Counted from the stretch's first letter, positions 8,690-17,980 are shown. The stretch: 64,000 nt of DNA from an uncultured virus (IMG/VR IMGVR_UViG_3300021185_003889) (IMGVR_UViG_3300021185_003889), one strand, 5' to 3'. Program-made: numbers and translations. The notes: generated by a model not told the origin, from the sequence alone.

Positions 8690-9094
8690 ATAATCTTGTT
8701 TAGATTCACTGTTTAAAGTCTCCCATGGAAAAACTAACCATCTTTCATCATTAATTAGTTCTCCTGAAAAAGTAGGTACTGTTTGTGTAGTTGACCTAAC
8801 AGCTAGAGTACCAGTTAAGAAGCCCAGTTTGTTTGCTTCTACTAAAGTATGACCTGTATCTGCAATATCATCTATTACTAAGGTATTCTCTCTTATATCT
8901 TTAGGTAATAATTTAGCTGAAGAATAACTAATGTATTTTATTCCGAATAAATGAGATGCCATTACTGCAGGTATCAAACCGCCTCTTGGTATACCAGAAA
9001 CGAATTCTAACTCTTTACTCTCTATCTGTTCTCCTATAGTATTAAGTTGTTCCTCAACCCAATTCCATGCTAAAAAATATCTTGAATTTGTCAT
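8672..9094 (-). CDS. Type I phosphoribosyltransferase (xanthine/guanine PRT-like)
   Basis: GIPRGGLIPA, LVIDDIADTGHTL (PRPP-binding), WLVFPWE. Confidence 0.88.
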   Translation of the reverse strand: MTNSRYFLAWNWVEEQLNTIGEQIESKELEFVSGIPRGGLIPAVMASHLFGIKYISYSSAKLLPKDIRENTLVIDDIADTGHTLVEANKLGFLTGTLAVRSTTQTVPTFSGELINDERWLVFPWETLNSESKQDYLVDSE

Positions 9095-9098
9095 ATAA

Positions 9099-9129
9099 CT
9101 AATATAGTAAAATTATCTTAAAAAAGCAA
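9099..9129 (-). promoter_or_regulatory. Promoter upstream of PRTase
   Basis: TTG-N20-TATATTAG. Confidence 0.65.
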
Positions 9130-9654
9130 CTTTAAGATATTCTTTACTGTATCTTCTCCTACCTCTATTTCTTGGTAAGGTAAATTATGCTCTTCTAACT
9201 TAGCTTTGCATAATTCATCAATTTCTATAGATTGTTTTAGATCTTGAAATCTTTCAGCTTCGTTAATTTCTGTATTTGATCTCTTAAGTAAGATATTGAG
9301 ATTATCGTAAGTATTATGAAGATCAACTACCATATTATGGAACGATTGTCCATAGTTCTCCGCTGGGTATCCTTTAGTGTAATAACTATGATAGATAGTA
9401 GAGAAGAGTACAGGAGAGTCAATAATAATATAGTCTACCTTGCCGTAAGATTGTGCTATACCTCTATGTTGGTTTGCAAACACATATAACTGGTCTTGTA
9501 TAGCAGGATAATTTTTATCCCAAGCTAATGTTTTAGGGAACTCATAAGGGTTGTTACAACTTATATGCTTCCTTTTTAATTCATATGTTAAACCTGCTGC
9601 AATTCCACTCTTTCCTATTCCGGGGCCTCCAAATAAATTAATTAACTTGCTCAT
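9118..9654 (-). CDS. P-loop kinase/ATPase (NadR/AAA_28-like)
   Basis: INLFGGPGIGKS, IIIDSPVL. Confidence 0.75.
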   Translation of the reverse strand: MSKLINLFGGPGIGKSGIAAGLTYELKRKHISCNNPYEFPKTLAWDKNYPAIQDQLYVFANQHRGIAQSYGKVDYIIIDSPVLFSTIYHSYYTKGYPAENYGQSFHNMVVDLHNTYDNLNILLKRSNTEINEAERFQDLKQSIEIDELCKAKLEEHNLPYQEIEVGEDTVKNILKLLF

Positions 9655-9878
9655 TGAGTAAAGATGCTATATAAATAACCGCAAATACCTACTACATTAA
9701 GTAAGGATAGATTATAAGATTTTGTTTTCTGAGTTTGAATTGTTAGTAGTGCTAAACCTAGTACGGATAGTACTTTACCTAACGTATAATTAACGAAAAA
9801 TGGTCCAACCATCATACATCCAGTTCCGATGAATACTACAAATATCTTGTAAAGTAATTCTTTTGTTTCTTTTTTCAT
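9651..9878 (-). CDS. Small membrane protein
   Basis: 75 aa, three hydrophobic segments. Confidence 0.65.
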   Translation of the reverse strand: MKKETKELLYKIFVVFIGTGCMMVGPFFVNYTLGKVLSVLGLALLTIQTQKTKSYNLSLLNVVGICGYLYSIFTQ

Positions 9879-10687
9879 TCGAATATTTCATTTATTAATT
9901 TACCTAATCTTACTCCTGCATAATATAACCGTTTTTCTAATACCGGTTGATATTTGTAAACATAATCGTATGATAGATATGAACCATCTGGTGTATTCTT
10001 GTAGATATCTCTAGCCCACCAGTGTGATTCGAAAGTCCATTCTAACACATCACTCTGTTTTACTTCTTTTCTTCTGTATTTATTCTGTAAATGAGTACTC
10101 CACTCAGTGTACGACATTTTAAAATCATCTATTAAGTTAGTATCCCATAGAACATGTAAGTTCGTTCTATTATCTGATCCTTTTCTACCTTTAAATGTAA
10201 TGTAAATTTTTGAACCACCATAATCTTCGTATCTACCTGTATGCATTGGTTGATGAATATCACCTACTAAATGAACTAAATACTTAAGATAGAATTTTTT
10301 CATTTCTTTATCTGAAGAAGGTGATTTAAGTATAGCAACACATCTTTCGATTATAGTCACTACATTTTCTTCGGGTACATCAGCATCTGGGTATTCTACG
10401 TCTAAAGGTAGGTTTACGTAGTGCCATTTATCATAAGGTCTCCAATTAGGGTTACTTCTCATCTCATCAGCCCAAGTACTTACTGATGCTAACGATTCTC
10501 CGTCTAGTATATCGTATACAACTTTTTTTACTTCTTCGGTCAGTTGTCTTTCGGCAATTTCTCCTACTATTCTGTGTCCTGTCTTTCCCCAATCATTTGC
10601 AAACAATGATGTTGCTGCTCCTAATAAAAGTAACAATAATAAAATCGGAAATAGGTAAACCTTTAGTATATTATATAACGCTTTCAT
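9875..10687 (-). CDS. Secreted S1/P1 nuclease
   Basis: Signal peptide then WGKTGH, WADEMR, WHYVN, HLVGDIHQPMH, NLHVLWD. Confidence 0.93.
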   Translation of the reverse strand: MKALYNILKVYLFPILLLLLLLGAATSLFANDWGKTGHRIVGEIAERQLTEEVKKVVYDILDGESLASVSTWADEMRSNPNWRPYDKWHYVNLPLDVEYPDADVPEENVVTIIERCVAILKSPSSDKEMKKFYLKYLVHLVGDIHQPMHTGRYEDYGGSKIYITFKGRKGSDNRTNLHVLWDTNLIDDFKMSYTEWSTHLQNKYRRKEVKQSDVLEWTFESHWWARDIYKNTPDGSYLSYDYVYKYQPVLEKRLYYAGVRLGKLINEIFE

Positions 10688-10701
10688 ATTGTAAATATAA
10701 G

Positions 10702-10729
10702 AAAAAAAAAGGGAGCTAAAAAGCTCCCC
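10702..10729 (-). terminator. Intrinsic terminator after TBDR
   Basis: GGGAGC-TTTTTA-GCTCCC followed by T9. Confidence 0.85.
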
Positions 10730-10745
10730 TTAATTTATTTTTGAA

Positions 10746-13220
10746 TTAAAATTTGTATTTCAACGAAACATTCCAAGTACGGCCAAATCCAAACCATACT
10801 GAGTTTCTAACATCAATACCATTCCAAGTAACATTACCTGGTTCTGCATGAATATTACTATTAGACTCAGCTATATATGTTGTGTCTAATAAGTTATTTA
10901 CATTCGCTCTTAATGACCATCCATTAGCAGCATAAAAAGTAGCCCCTAAGTCAACTAAACCGTAAGAAGGTAGTTTTAACGCACCATCATTATCAGGGTT
11001 AGTAAATGCTGAATCTGTAATAGAATAATCAGCATATAATCCATCTACGAATCTATAATCAATATCAAATTTTATATTGTTACCTAAAGATTGATCTAAT
11101 CCTAAAACGGCAACAAATTGAGCAGCATCTCCTACTTTAGCACCTTTTGTGTAAAGTTTACCAGTACCAATTGATTGCTGGTTTTCATCGAATAATTCTG
11201 CCTCGAAGTCTTTAGTATAAGTCCAATCACCAATAGATAACATACCTCTTAGTTTAGTTGAACCTATTCTATAAGTACCTTCTGCTTCAATACCTTTATG
11301 AGTTACATCAATATTTCTAAATTGAGCAAATCCATCAACTCCTTGCTGATTAGATAAACTTCTAGAAACAAATCTGTTACCCCAGTTGGTATTATACGCA
11401 TTAATATTGAATTTTAACTTTTTACCAATATATCCGTAACCAATCTCTAAAGATTCGATTCTTTCATTCTGTAAGTCCGGGTTTATATCGTTTCCATAGT
11501 TAGGAAATACAGCATCAAATAAAGGCTGACGATCAATATATCCAGCGTTAACAAAAATGTTAGACTTACTACTAAAGTTATAGTTTATACCCCCTTTTAG
11601 GTAGCCACCACCTAAGTTAGCTTTATCTGAAAGTGGATTGTCTGTATTGTTAAATCTATCTTCTCTTTGAAACTGTTGGTTTGAAGCACCTGCTTGTAAA
11701 ACTGCTGTAATTTTATCTCCAGCATATTCTACTAAACCATTAACACCAGCCCATTTTACAAAACCAATGTTAAAATAATCAATTTTTGCTTCGTCATCAC
11801 CTATATTAGTACCTCTGAATGGTTTTGCAACAATTGCATCATCCATACTATATAGTTGAGTTCCTAAGTTATCATTACCTGTAGAAGCATACTGTCCTAA
11901 ACCTAATAAGTCATTGACGGCTCTGTAATGGTATCCAGTATAGTTCCTTAGATCTACTCCTAATGAGTATCTCATTTTACCTTTCTGAATGTTTAATTTA
12001 GAAATAGCTCCAACCCAGTTATGGGAGTTCATAGAAGCTCTTCTCATTAATACATTACGAGCATAGTCGCTATCGTTATTAGATCCTACAGGGTATTGTG
12101 AGTTATGAGTTACTACTGCATCATAGTTAATGAAGCCGTTTGCATCTCTTGTTCCTCTACCATTTTCTAGGTAATGCTCAGTTAAATCTTTTCTGTATGG
12201 TAACATATCGATAGATCCTTCGTAGTAGCTTCTACCTCTTGGACCTGTACCTCCACCTCTACCGGCAGAACCGTATAAAGAAGTGTTTAATTGTACATTA
12301 TCAGATATATCCCAATCCCAGTTAAGAGTAGCTAAAGGCTTGTTGTAGAAGTTTCTACGTAAGTTGTACTCTTCACCATTTAATGTTCCACCGTTAGTGT
12401 TCCATCTTCTGTCGATTCCGTCTTCTCCAAAGTTTTGGTAATCTCTAATTGATACCCAAACATCTCTTTGGTGGTGCCATTGACCGGCTCCTAAAACAGA
12501 AAGGTTCAGACTATGCGCTGAACCCTCTGGTGTATATCCTACGGCTGCAAAATAAGTCCAGCCTGCTCCCGATGTATTATAAATGTATCCATTTCCTGAC
12601 CATTTAGTTAATAAATAAGAAGATGACCAGCCTTTATCATTTACTCCAGTATTATATACTGCAGTAGTTTTAATATAGCCATCATTTCCTACCATCTGAG
12701 TTAAGGATCCACCTTGAGCTTTTTCAGCACTTTTAGTGAAAATAGAAACAGTTCCACCTACTGAGGGAACTGCTAATGAAGTGGCACCTAGTCCACGTTG
12801 GATCTGGATTCCAGAAGTAACGTCAGTTAATCCTTGCCAGTTACTCCAATAAACCCAACCATTTTCCATATCATTGACCGGTTGACCGTTGATAAGAAAA
12901 GATGTATTACGTTGATCAAATCCTCTTAAAGAAATACGGCTATCACCATATCCTCCTCCTTGTTTTGTAGCGTATACACCGGGTGTCTTGTTCATGACTT
13001 CTGGGAATTCCAAATTCCCTGTCTTCAAGAGTACATCACTTCCAGCAATAGTACTAACAGCGATTGGTGTCTCCCTTTCTTTGGCGACATCAATTACTCT
13101 TGAGGACACTACTACTTCTTCCAAGTTAACATCTAGAATTGTCTTGGAGTCTGTACTCGATTCTTGTGCAAAAGCACTTACCGCTAATAACATCAGCAGT
13201 ACGGTAACGAGATTTCTCAT
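10746..13220 (-). CDS. TonB-dependent outer-membrane receptor (plug + beta-barrel)
   Basis: Signal peptide, LEEVVV TonB-box-like, plug ISLRGF...LINGQPVND, C-terminal GRTWNVSLKYKF. Confidence 0.93.
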   Translation of the reverse strand: MRNLVTVLLMLLAVSAFAQESSTDSKTILDVNLEEVVVSSRVIDVAKERETPIAVSTIAGSDVLLKTGNLEFPEVMNKTPGVYATKQGGGYGDSRISLRGFDQRNTSFLINGQPVNDMENGWVYWSNWQGLTDVTSGIQIQRGLGATSLAVPSVGGTVSIFTKSAEKAQGGSLTQMVGNDGYIKTTAVYNTGVNDKGWSSSYLLTKWSGNGYIYNTSGAGWTYFAAVGYTPEGSAHSLNLSVLGAGQWHHQRDVWVSIRDYQNFGEDGIDRRWNTNGGTLNGEEYNLRRNFYNKPLATLNWDWDISDNVQLNTSLYGSAGRGGGTGPRGRSYYEGSIDMLPYRKDLTEHYLENGRGTRDANGFINYDAVVTHNSQYPVGSNNDSDYARNVLMRRASMNSHNWVGAISKLNIQKGKMRYSLGVDLRNYTGYHYRAVNDLLGLGQYASTGNDNLGTQLYSMDDAIVAKPFRGTNIGDDEAKIDYFNIGFVKWAGVNGLVEYAGDKITAVLQAGASNQQFQREDRFNNTDNPLSDKANLGGGYLKGGINYNFSSKSNIFVNAGYIDRQPLFDAVFPNYGNDINPDLQNERIESLEIGYGYIGKKLKFNINAYNTNWGNRFVSRSLSNQQGVDGFAQFRNIDVTHKGIEAEGTYRIGSTKLRGMLSIGDWTYTKDFEAELFDENQQSIGTGKLYTKGAKVGDAAQFVAVLGLDQSLGNNIKFDIDYRFVDGLYADYSITDSAFTNPDNDGALKLPSYGLVDLGATFYAANGWSLRANVNNLLDTTYIAESNSNIHAEPGNVTWNGIDVRNSVWFGFGRTWNVSLKYKF

Positions 13221-13264
13221 TAAATTGATTTAAAATTAAACATTAATATAACCTACTTCATCGA

Positions 13265-13909
13265 TCAACCTTGATCGTGTTCTATTTCGTACTCTTCCCA
13301 ACCTTTAGTAGGTTTTTCATTAGGAAAAGAGAAACATCTAGTGTTTTTCGATTCTTTAAATTCGATACACTTAATAAATCTATTTGGTATATTAGCTCCT
13401 GTAGGTAAGATAGAATCCGAAAATTCAATTTTTACAGTTACTATTAAATCTTGTTCGTCGTCCCATTTTCTTTCTTGTTCTTCTAATAATCTCCACTCTC
13501 CTCTATTAAGGTACTGATTTTGTAGAGCACAATTGAGATAAGAAAAGGTCATTCTTAAATTTTTTAAATTATCTGAAAAGGTCGCTGCTGGTGCAATATG
13601 ACCTTTGTCCCATACATTTCTGTAATAGTCTGCATTATCTGATGTATGAAAATCCTTATCTGTATAAAAATTCATTGAACCTCTATCGACATTTTTAGGT
13701 CGGTTAGTTGATAAGTATGTAAGTGAAATAGGTTGTTCTTTAACCTCTGAGTATGTAACTGTATAGATGGGTGTTTCTATAGTAATTGATTGTCTTAGTT
13801 CTTCAGAAACCTGTGCTTTAGTGCAAGCTAATGTTAAAACTAATAAACTGGTTAGATAAGTCCTAACCATTAAATTTGAGACCATAAAAGTATATAATTT
13901 CTTTATCAT
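13265..13909 (-). CDS. DNA/RNA non-specific endonuclease (NucA/EndoG-like), exported; true start may be a downstream Met
   Basis: WDKGHIAPA, TFSYLNCALQNQYLNRGEWRLLE; hydrophobic N-terminus with LAC. Confidence 0.88.
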   Translation of the reverse strand: MIKKLYTFMVSNLMVRTYLTSLLVLTLACTKAQVSEELRQSITIETPIYTVTYSEVKEQPISLTYLSTNRPKNVDRGSMNFYTDKDFHTSDNADYYRNVWDKGHIAPAATFSDNLKNLRMTFSYLNCALQNQYLNRGEWRLLEEQERKWDDEQDLIVTVKIEFSDSILPTGANIPNRFIKCIEFKESKNTRCFSFPNEKPTKGWEEYEIEHDQG

Positions 13910-13926
13910 AAATAGCTGGATTAGAT

Positions 13927-14235
13927 TTATCCGTTAAATTCTAACCCAAAAAATTTGTAGTTTCTTTTTACGTATTCGTCAGTACCGTCAGCGGCTATCG
14001 CCTCTTCCTCACTATCGTATATTGCATCAACCGGACATTCAGGTAAGCATGCTCCGCAATCAATGCATTCTTCAGGATTAATATATAACATATCTTTTTC
14101 CCCAATAGTCATTCCAGGTACTTCTTCCCCCCTGCCTTCAGGGTTAATAGGTCCATGTATACAGTCAACTGGACATACTGCAACACATGCTGTATCACAG
14201 GTTGCTTCACATGGTTTACCTATTATATAACTCAT
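13927..14235 (-). CDS. Dicluster ferredoxin (FdxA-like)
   Basis: CEATCDTACVAVCPVDCI and CIDCGACLPECP. Confidence 0.93.
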   Translation of the reverse strand: MSYIIGKPCEATCDTACVAVCPVDCIHGPINPEGRGEEVPGMTIGEKDMLYINPEECIDCGACLPECPVDAIYDSEEEAIAADGTDEYVKRNYKFFGLEFNG

Positions 14236-14486
14236 TTTCCTATGGAACTTACACGTTTCATAAATGTATTGAGAGCTTCTTTTTGAGTCATTCCCTCATT
14301 AATGAGTTTCTGTACTTCTAAAGCACCTTCTAAGTTTGAGATTAGTTCACCTATAACATCAAGTTCTTCATCTTTAATGCCTCTAGCATCTATAAGATCT
14401 TCAAAAACCGTTAAAGTTTCTTCAATATAATCTTGATCGTTTTTTTCAATAAAATTGCTAATATGCTTTATTATAGGTAATCTCAT
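14232..14486 (-). CDS. DUF6952-like Bacteroidota protein
   Basis: MRLPIIKH...ELDVIGELISNLEGALEV...EALNTFMKRV. Confidence 0.7.
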   Translation of the reverse strand: MRLPIIKHISNFIEKNDQDYIEETLTVFEDLIDARGIKDEELDVIGELISNLEGALEVQKLINEGMTQKEALNTFMKRVSSIGK

Positions 14487-14695
14487 TCAGGAAAGTGTCT
14501 TTGGATAGTTTCTAAAACATCTTCAGCTTCCGCTAAAGTTGATATTGCATCAATTGCATTTTTATAGAAGTCTTGAGTTGAATGATCTCCTATTCCTGCT
14601 TTATCTTCAGTTAAAAGTTCTAAAGACAGTAATGCTTTTTCTTTTTCTGATTCGAAATGCTTTTTAAGCATTTTAATTGTTCTATATTGTGCCAT
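14483..14695 (-). CDS. Hypothetical phage protein
   Basis: 70-aa helical ORF, GIGDHS motif, coupled to neighbours. Confidence 0.65.
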   Translation of the reverse strand: MAQYRTIKMLKKHFESEKEKALLSLELLTEDKAGIGDHSTQDFYKNAIDAISTLAEAEDVLETIQRHFPE

Positions 14696-15267
14696 TACTT
14701 AGATAAATATTCTGCAACTCCAGTTCTAGTTGCGGTCATTGCATCTTTTCCTTCCGACCAATTTGCCGGACAAACTTCTCCGTGTTTGTCGTTATGAGTC
14801 TTAGCATCTATAAGTCTAAGTAACTCATCTATATTACGACCTAACGGCATATCATTAACAGACTGATGAAAGATTCTACCATTACCATCTATAAGGTAGG
14901 TAGCTCTATAAGTAACTGATTCATCATCAAGTATGTTAAGTTCTTTAGATAATCTTCTAGTGGTATCAGAAAGTAAAGGAAACTCTACTCCTTCTATTCC
15001 ACCATTATCTTTAGGTGTATTTAACCATGCAAAGTGTACCTCTGCAGTATCACAAGAAGCACCAAATACTTGGTAACCTCTATCATTAAAATCTTTCAGC
15101 TTAGCCTGAAATGCATGTATCTCAGTTGGACACACGAAAGTAAAATCTTTCGGGTACCAAAATAATACAGTTGGTGTTTGTGGTTTAGATAAGTTAATTG
15201 TTAACTCATCTCCATCAGCATTTATTGCTTTAACATCTGTATATGGAAATTGACTTCCTACTCTCAT
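14695..15267 (-). CDS. ahpC: 2-Cys peroxiredoxin
   Basis: PKDFTFVCPTE and VCPANW. Confidence 0.93.
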   Translation of the reverse strand: MRVGSQFPYTDVKAINADGDELTINLSKPQTPTVLFWYPKDFTFVCPTEIHAFQAKLKDFNDRGYQVFGASCDTAEVHFAWLNTPKDNGGIEGVEFPLLSDTTRRLSKELNILDDESVTYRATYLIDGNGRIFHQSVNDMPLGRNIDELLRLIDAKTHNDKHGEVCPANWSEGKDAMTATRTGVAEYLSK

Positions 15268-15692
15268 AACGATTTAATTAATTTATTAATACTATATTTC
15301 ATACTATTGACTGATATCGTAGCTCCTGATATTGCGTCTACGTAATTTTTAGGTTCAGTCATACCTATAAATTGTTTTAACCATCTTTTTGATCCTATTT
15401 CTCCTCCGTAGTTCTCTCTATAGACCAGAACTCTTACTAGCTTAACTTTTTTAGTAGAATCGAATAAAACCATATAATCAAAATCATCAAACTTAGAAGG
15501 AGAGTACCCAATATAAACTTTATCAGTTTTTCCTGCAACTTCGTATAAATTACCGTTTGGTACATTGATTTTAGTTTTTAGTAAAACTATATCTTCTCCA
15601 TAAAATTTAAAAAGAGTTTTATGAGCTCTTTTTTCAGTATTATTGCTGAATGTTAATAAAACTAATATAAGTATAAATCTCATACTAACCAA
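15264..15692 (-). CDS. Exported FMN-binding domain protein
   Basis: Signal-like N-terminus; YRENYGGEI; VDAISGATIS flavinylation motif. Confidence 0.85.
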   Translation of the reverse strand: MVSMRFILILVLLTFSNNTEKRAHKTLFKFYGEDIVLLKTKINVPNGNLYEVAGKTDKVYIGYSPSKFDDFDYMVLFDSTKKVKLVRVLVYRENYGGEIGSKRWLKQFIGMTEPKNYVDAISGATISVNSMKYSINKLIKSL

Positions 15693-16398
15693 ATATTTCT
15701 ACTCTTATGTCTTTCATCATCTCAAAACCTCTCTCTGCTAGATGATCTCTTCCTTCCCTTATCATTCTATCCCAACCACAATAGTATACCAGAGGCTTGT
15801 GATCTGACTTGTCGATAAGGTCTAAATAATGCTTGTGTACATAGCCTTCAGCTATGCCTGGCACTTTTTCTCTACTTAATGTAGGTATGTACTCAAAGCC
15901 TGGAAGACAGTGCTGTATAAACTCTAATTCTTTTCTATACACTATATCTTCTTCTTTTCTAGTACCAAAAAATAACTTAATATTTTTAAATTCTTTTTTA
16001 CTATTAAAAATGTCATTAATCATAGATCTGAAAGGGCTTATTCCTGATCCTGTAGAAACCATATAGATATCTCTTTCCATAAGGTTGTCCGGAAGAGTAA
16101 ATACTCCCATAGGTCCTCTGTATACGAATTCATCACCTAATTTAGCATGATTAAATAAATAATCACACATATTACCGCCAACTAAATTAGTTATGATAAG
16201 TTCAAATCTAGGGGTACCGTCCTGCCAAGAAGCTACTGAATAATTTCTTATTACAGAGTCTGGTTGACCAGGTTTAGCACATAACTGTACTAACATTCCT
16301 GATTCCATATTTATCTGGTTTGCTAAAGGATCTTCAAATATAAATCTCCAGTTTGCTTCAGTTTCTTTTATTATATCTACTAGTACTGCTACGTTCAT
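15685..16398 (-). CDS. FAD/NAD(P)H oxidoreductase (ferredoxin-NADP reductase family)
   Basis: RNYSVAS, GPMGVF, TGSGISPFRSM, YYCG, terminal EIFG. Confidence 0.9.
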   Translation of the reverse strand: MNVAVLVDIIKETEANWRFIFEDPLANQINMESGMLVQLCAKPGQPDSVIRNYSVASWQDGTPRFELIITNLVGGNMCDYLFNHAKLGDEFVYRGPMGVFTLPDNLMERDIYMVSTGSGISPFRSMINDIFNSKKEFKNIKLFFGTRKEEDIVYRKELEFIQHCLPGFEYIPTLSREKVPGIAEGYVHKHYLDLIDKSDHKPLVYYCGWDRMIREGRDHLAERGFEMMKDIRVEIFG

Positions 16399-17177
16399 TA
16401 AACTTCTCTTTGGTCTTCGAAGGCTATAATATGAGGCCTCCAGGTTAAACGGTATCCATTATCACGAACCCAATCGAACATAACAGGATAAGATTTTTGT
16501 AATGCCTCTCTAGTATCTCCAGCTGGCATAAACCATACTTTGTCTTTAGGAGCATCTAACTGATCAATACAGTCCATAATCTCCTCTAATGCTCCTTCAT
16601 CTTTACCATCCCAAACAGGTTTTAGGTGATAATCACCATGGTATGCTATACTCTCTTTTATTGCAGGATAATTAAGTCTAAACTTATTATGCTGTTTGAT
16701 CATTCTTTCATCCGTAATCTTGCCTTCAGGCGTCTCAACACCGAGTACCGGAACCGAATTGCTGAACTTCGGACTGATTGAAAGTAAATTAATAGGGTAA
16801 TCAGTAGGTAAAAAATGACTCCCCTCATTCTCCATAGTAATGAAGATATTCCTTTCATTTGCTAGATGTGTTAGTTCGTTTACTAGTTTTTTATGCATAG
16901 TAGGACTTCCTCCTGTTAACATCATTTCTGATATATGAGGATTATCATCGTATGCTTTAATAATATCGTTAAAAGTATATTTACCTTTTTCAGGATGTAT
17001 AGAAGTATACCAACTATCACACCAACCTCCTTCACCGAAATAGCATCTATGAGTACATCCTGTAGTTCTAATTACCACGGTAGGGTATCCTGCTCTTGAT
17101 CCCTCAGATTGAACAGCAGTATAGATTTCTACAATAGGTAAATTTTTATCGTAATCTTCTACTCTACCTAGGCTCAT
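16398..17177 (-). CDS. queE: 7-carboxy-7-deazaguanine synthase (radical SAM)
   Basis: EIYTAVQSEG, RTTGCTHRC...WCDS, LTGGSP, ISPK. Confidence 0.92.
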   Translation of the reverse strand: MSLGRVEDYDKNLPIVEIYTAVQSEGSRAGYPTVVIRTTGCTHRCYFGEGGWCDSWYTSIHPEKGKYTFNDIIKAYDDNPHISEMMLTGGSPTMHKKLVNELTHLANERNIFITMENEGSHFLPTDYPINLLSISPKFSNSVPVLGVETPEGKITDERMIKQHNKFRLNYPAIKESIAYHGDYHLKPVWDGKDEGALEEIMDCIDQLDAPKDKVWFMPAGDTREALQKSYPVMFDWVRDNGYRLTWRPHIIAFEDQREV

Positions 17178-17631
17178 ATATTGCGCTATTTTTACCGTGT
17201 TCTCTAAATTCTACCTTAATTACCTTTACTCTACCTTCAGTTTCTTCCTCTATAAAAGGATTTAACTTGTCATAAACGAATTGAGCAAATCTTTCTGCAC
17301 CTGTTGCAGGTACTACTCTTACTTGAGCTACTCCTGCATCATCCATCTTTTTGAAAGATTCTAGGAAAGGATCATCTTCAGCTACTATAAAAGTATGATC
17401 AAACATATAATCCATCCATGCTTTAGGAGTCATACCGTCAATTTTACCTTTTGCTCTTTTCATTCCTCCAAAGTCCCAAACCCAATTTCTTTCATCTAAT
17501 TCTCCTTCAAACCATAGTTTAAAAGATATACCATACCCATGTAAAAATCTACAATGAGTAGTTTCTGCTTTCCATTGACGAAATACTGTAGAGAATCCGT
17601 CAAATACCTTAGTTGATGTGTATTTTCCCAT
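17164..17631 (-). CDS. queD: 6-carboxytetrahydropterin synthase
   Basis: HCRFLHGY, WVWDFGGMK, FDHT, TGAE, VEFREHGKNSA. Confidence 0.92.
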   Translation of the reverse strand: MGKYTSTKVFDGFSTVFRQWKAETTHCRFLHGYGISFKLWFEGELDERNWVWDFGGMKRAKGKIDGMTPKAWMDYMFDHTFIVAEDDPFLESFKKMDDAGVAQVRVVPATGAERFAQFVYDKLNPFIEEETEGRVKVIKVEFREHGKNSAIYEPR

Positions 17632-17903
17632 TATACTAGTTCTTCGATTATACCTACTATTTCTGATAAGATAAGAAGAATAGCTGAGACTACCAAATTA
17701 AATGGTATAAAACAGTATCCTAAAATTCTGATACCTGATTTAATGAAAGAAACTATTTGATGCTTTCTAGCATCTGGATAGTTTAATGGTTTTGAGGGTG
17801 TAAGTTTGTTTTGATGTATACGGTTTACTAAGTATTGCTCTTCCGTCATTCTGCGAGACTCCACATCATAGAGATCTTTCTCGACTTCTTTTAATTCTAC
17901 CAT
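17631..17903 (-). CDS. Small membrane protein leading the queD-queE unit
   Basis: C-terminal hydrophobic helices; TAATG coupling to queD. Confidence 0.65.
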   Translation of the reverse strand: MVELKEVEKDLYDVESRRMTEEQYLVNRIHQNKLTPSKPLNYPDARKHQIVSFIKSGIRILGYCFIPFNLVVSAILLILSEIVGIIEELV

Positions 17904-17940
17904 TTTTAGTGTTTTTATAGTTGTGTTACGACACTATAGT
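17904..17940 (-). ncRNA. Second preQ1-I-like aptamer candidate (possibly degenerate or variant)
   Basis: AUAGUG-UCGUAACAC-AACUAU-AAAAAC-ACU; same 9-nt loop and A5C tail as the folE element. Confidence 0.45.
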
Positions 17941-17949
17941 CATTTAATA

Positions 17950-17980
17950 TAAATATAAAAAAAAAGGAGATAATAAACAA
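17950..17980 (-). promoter_or_regulatory. Promoter for orf-queD-queE unit
   Basis: TTG-N20-TATATTTA overlapping the upstream terminator. Confidence 0.7.
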
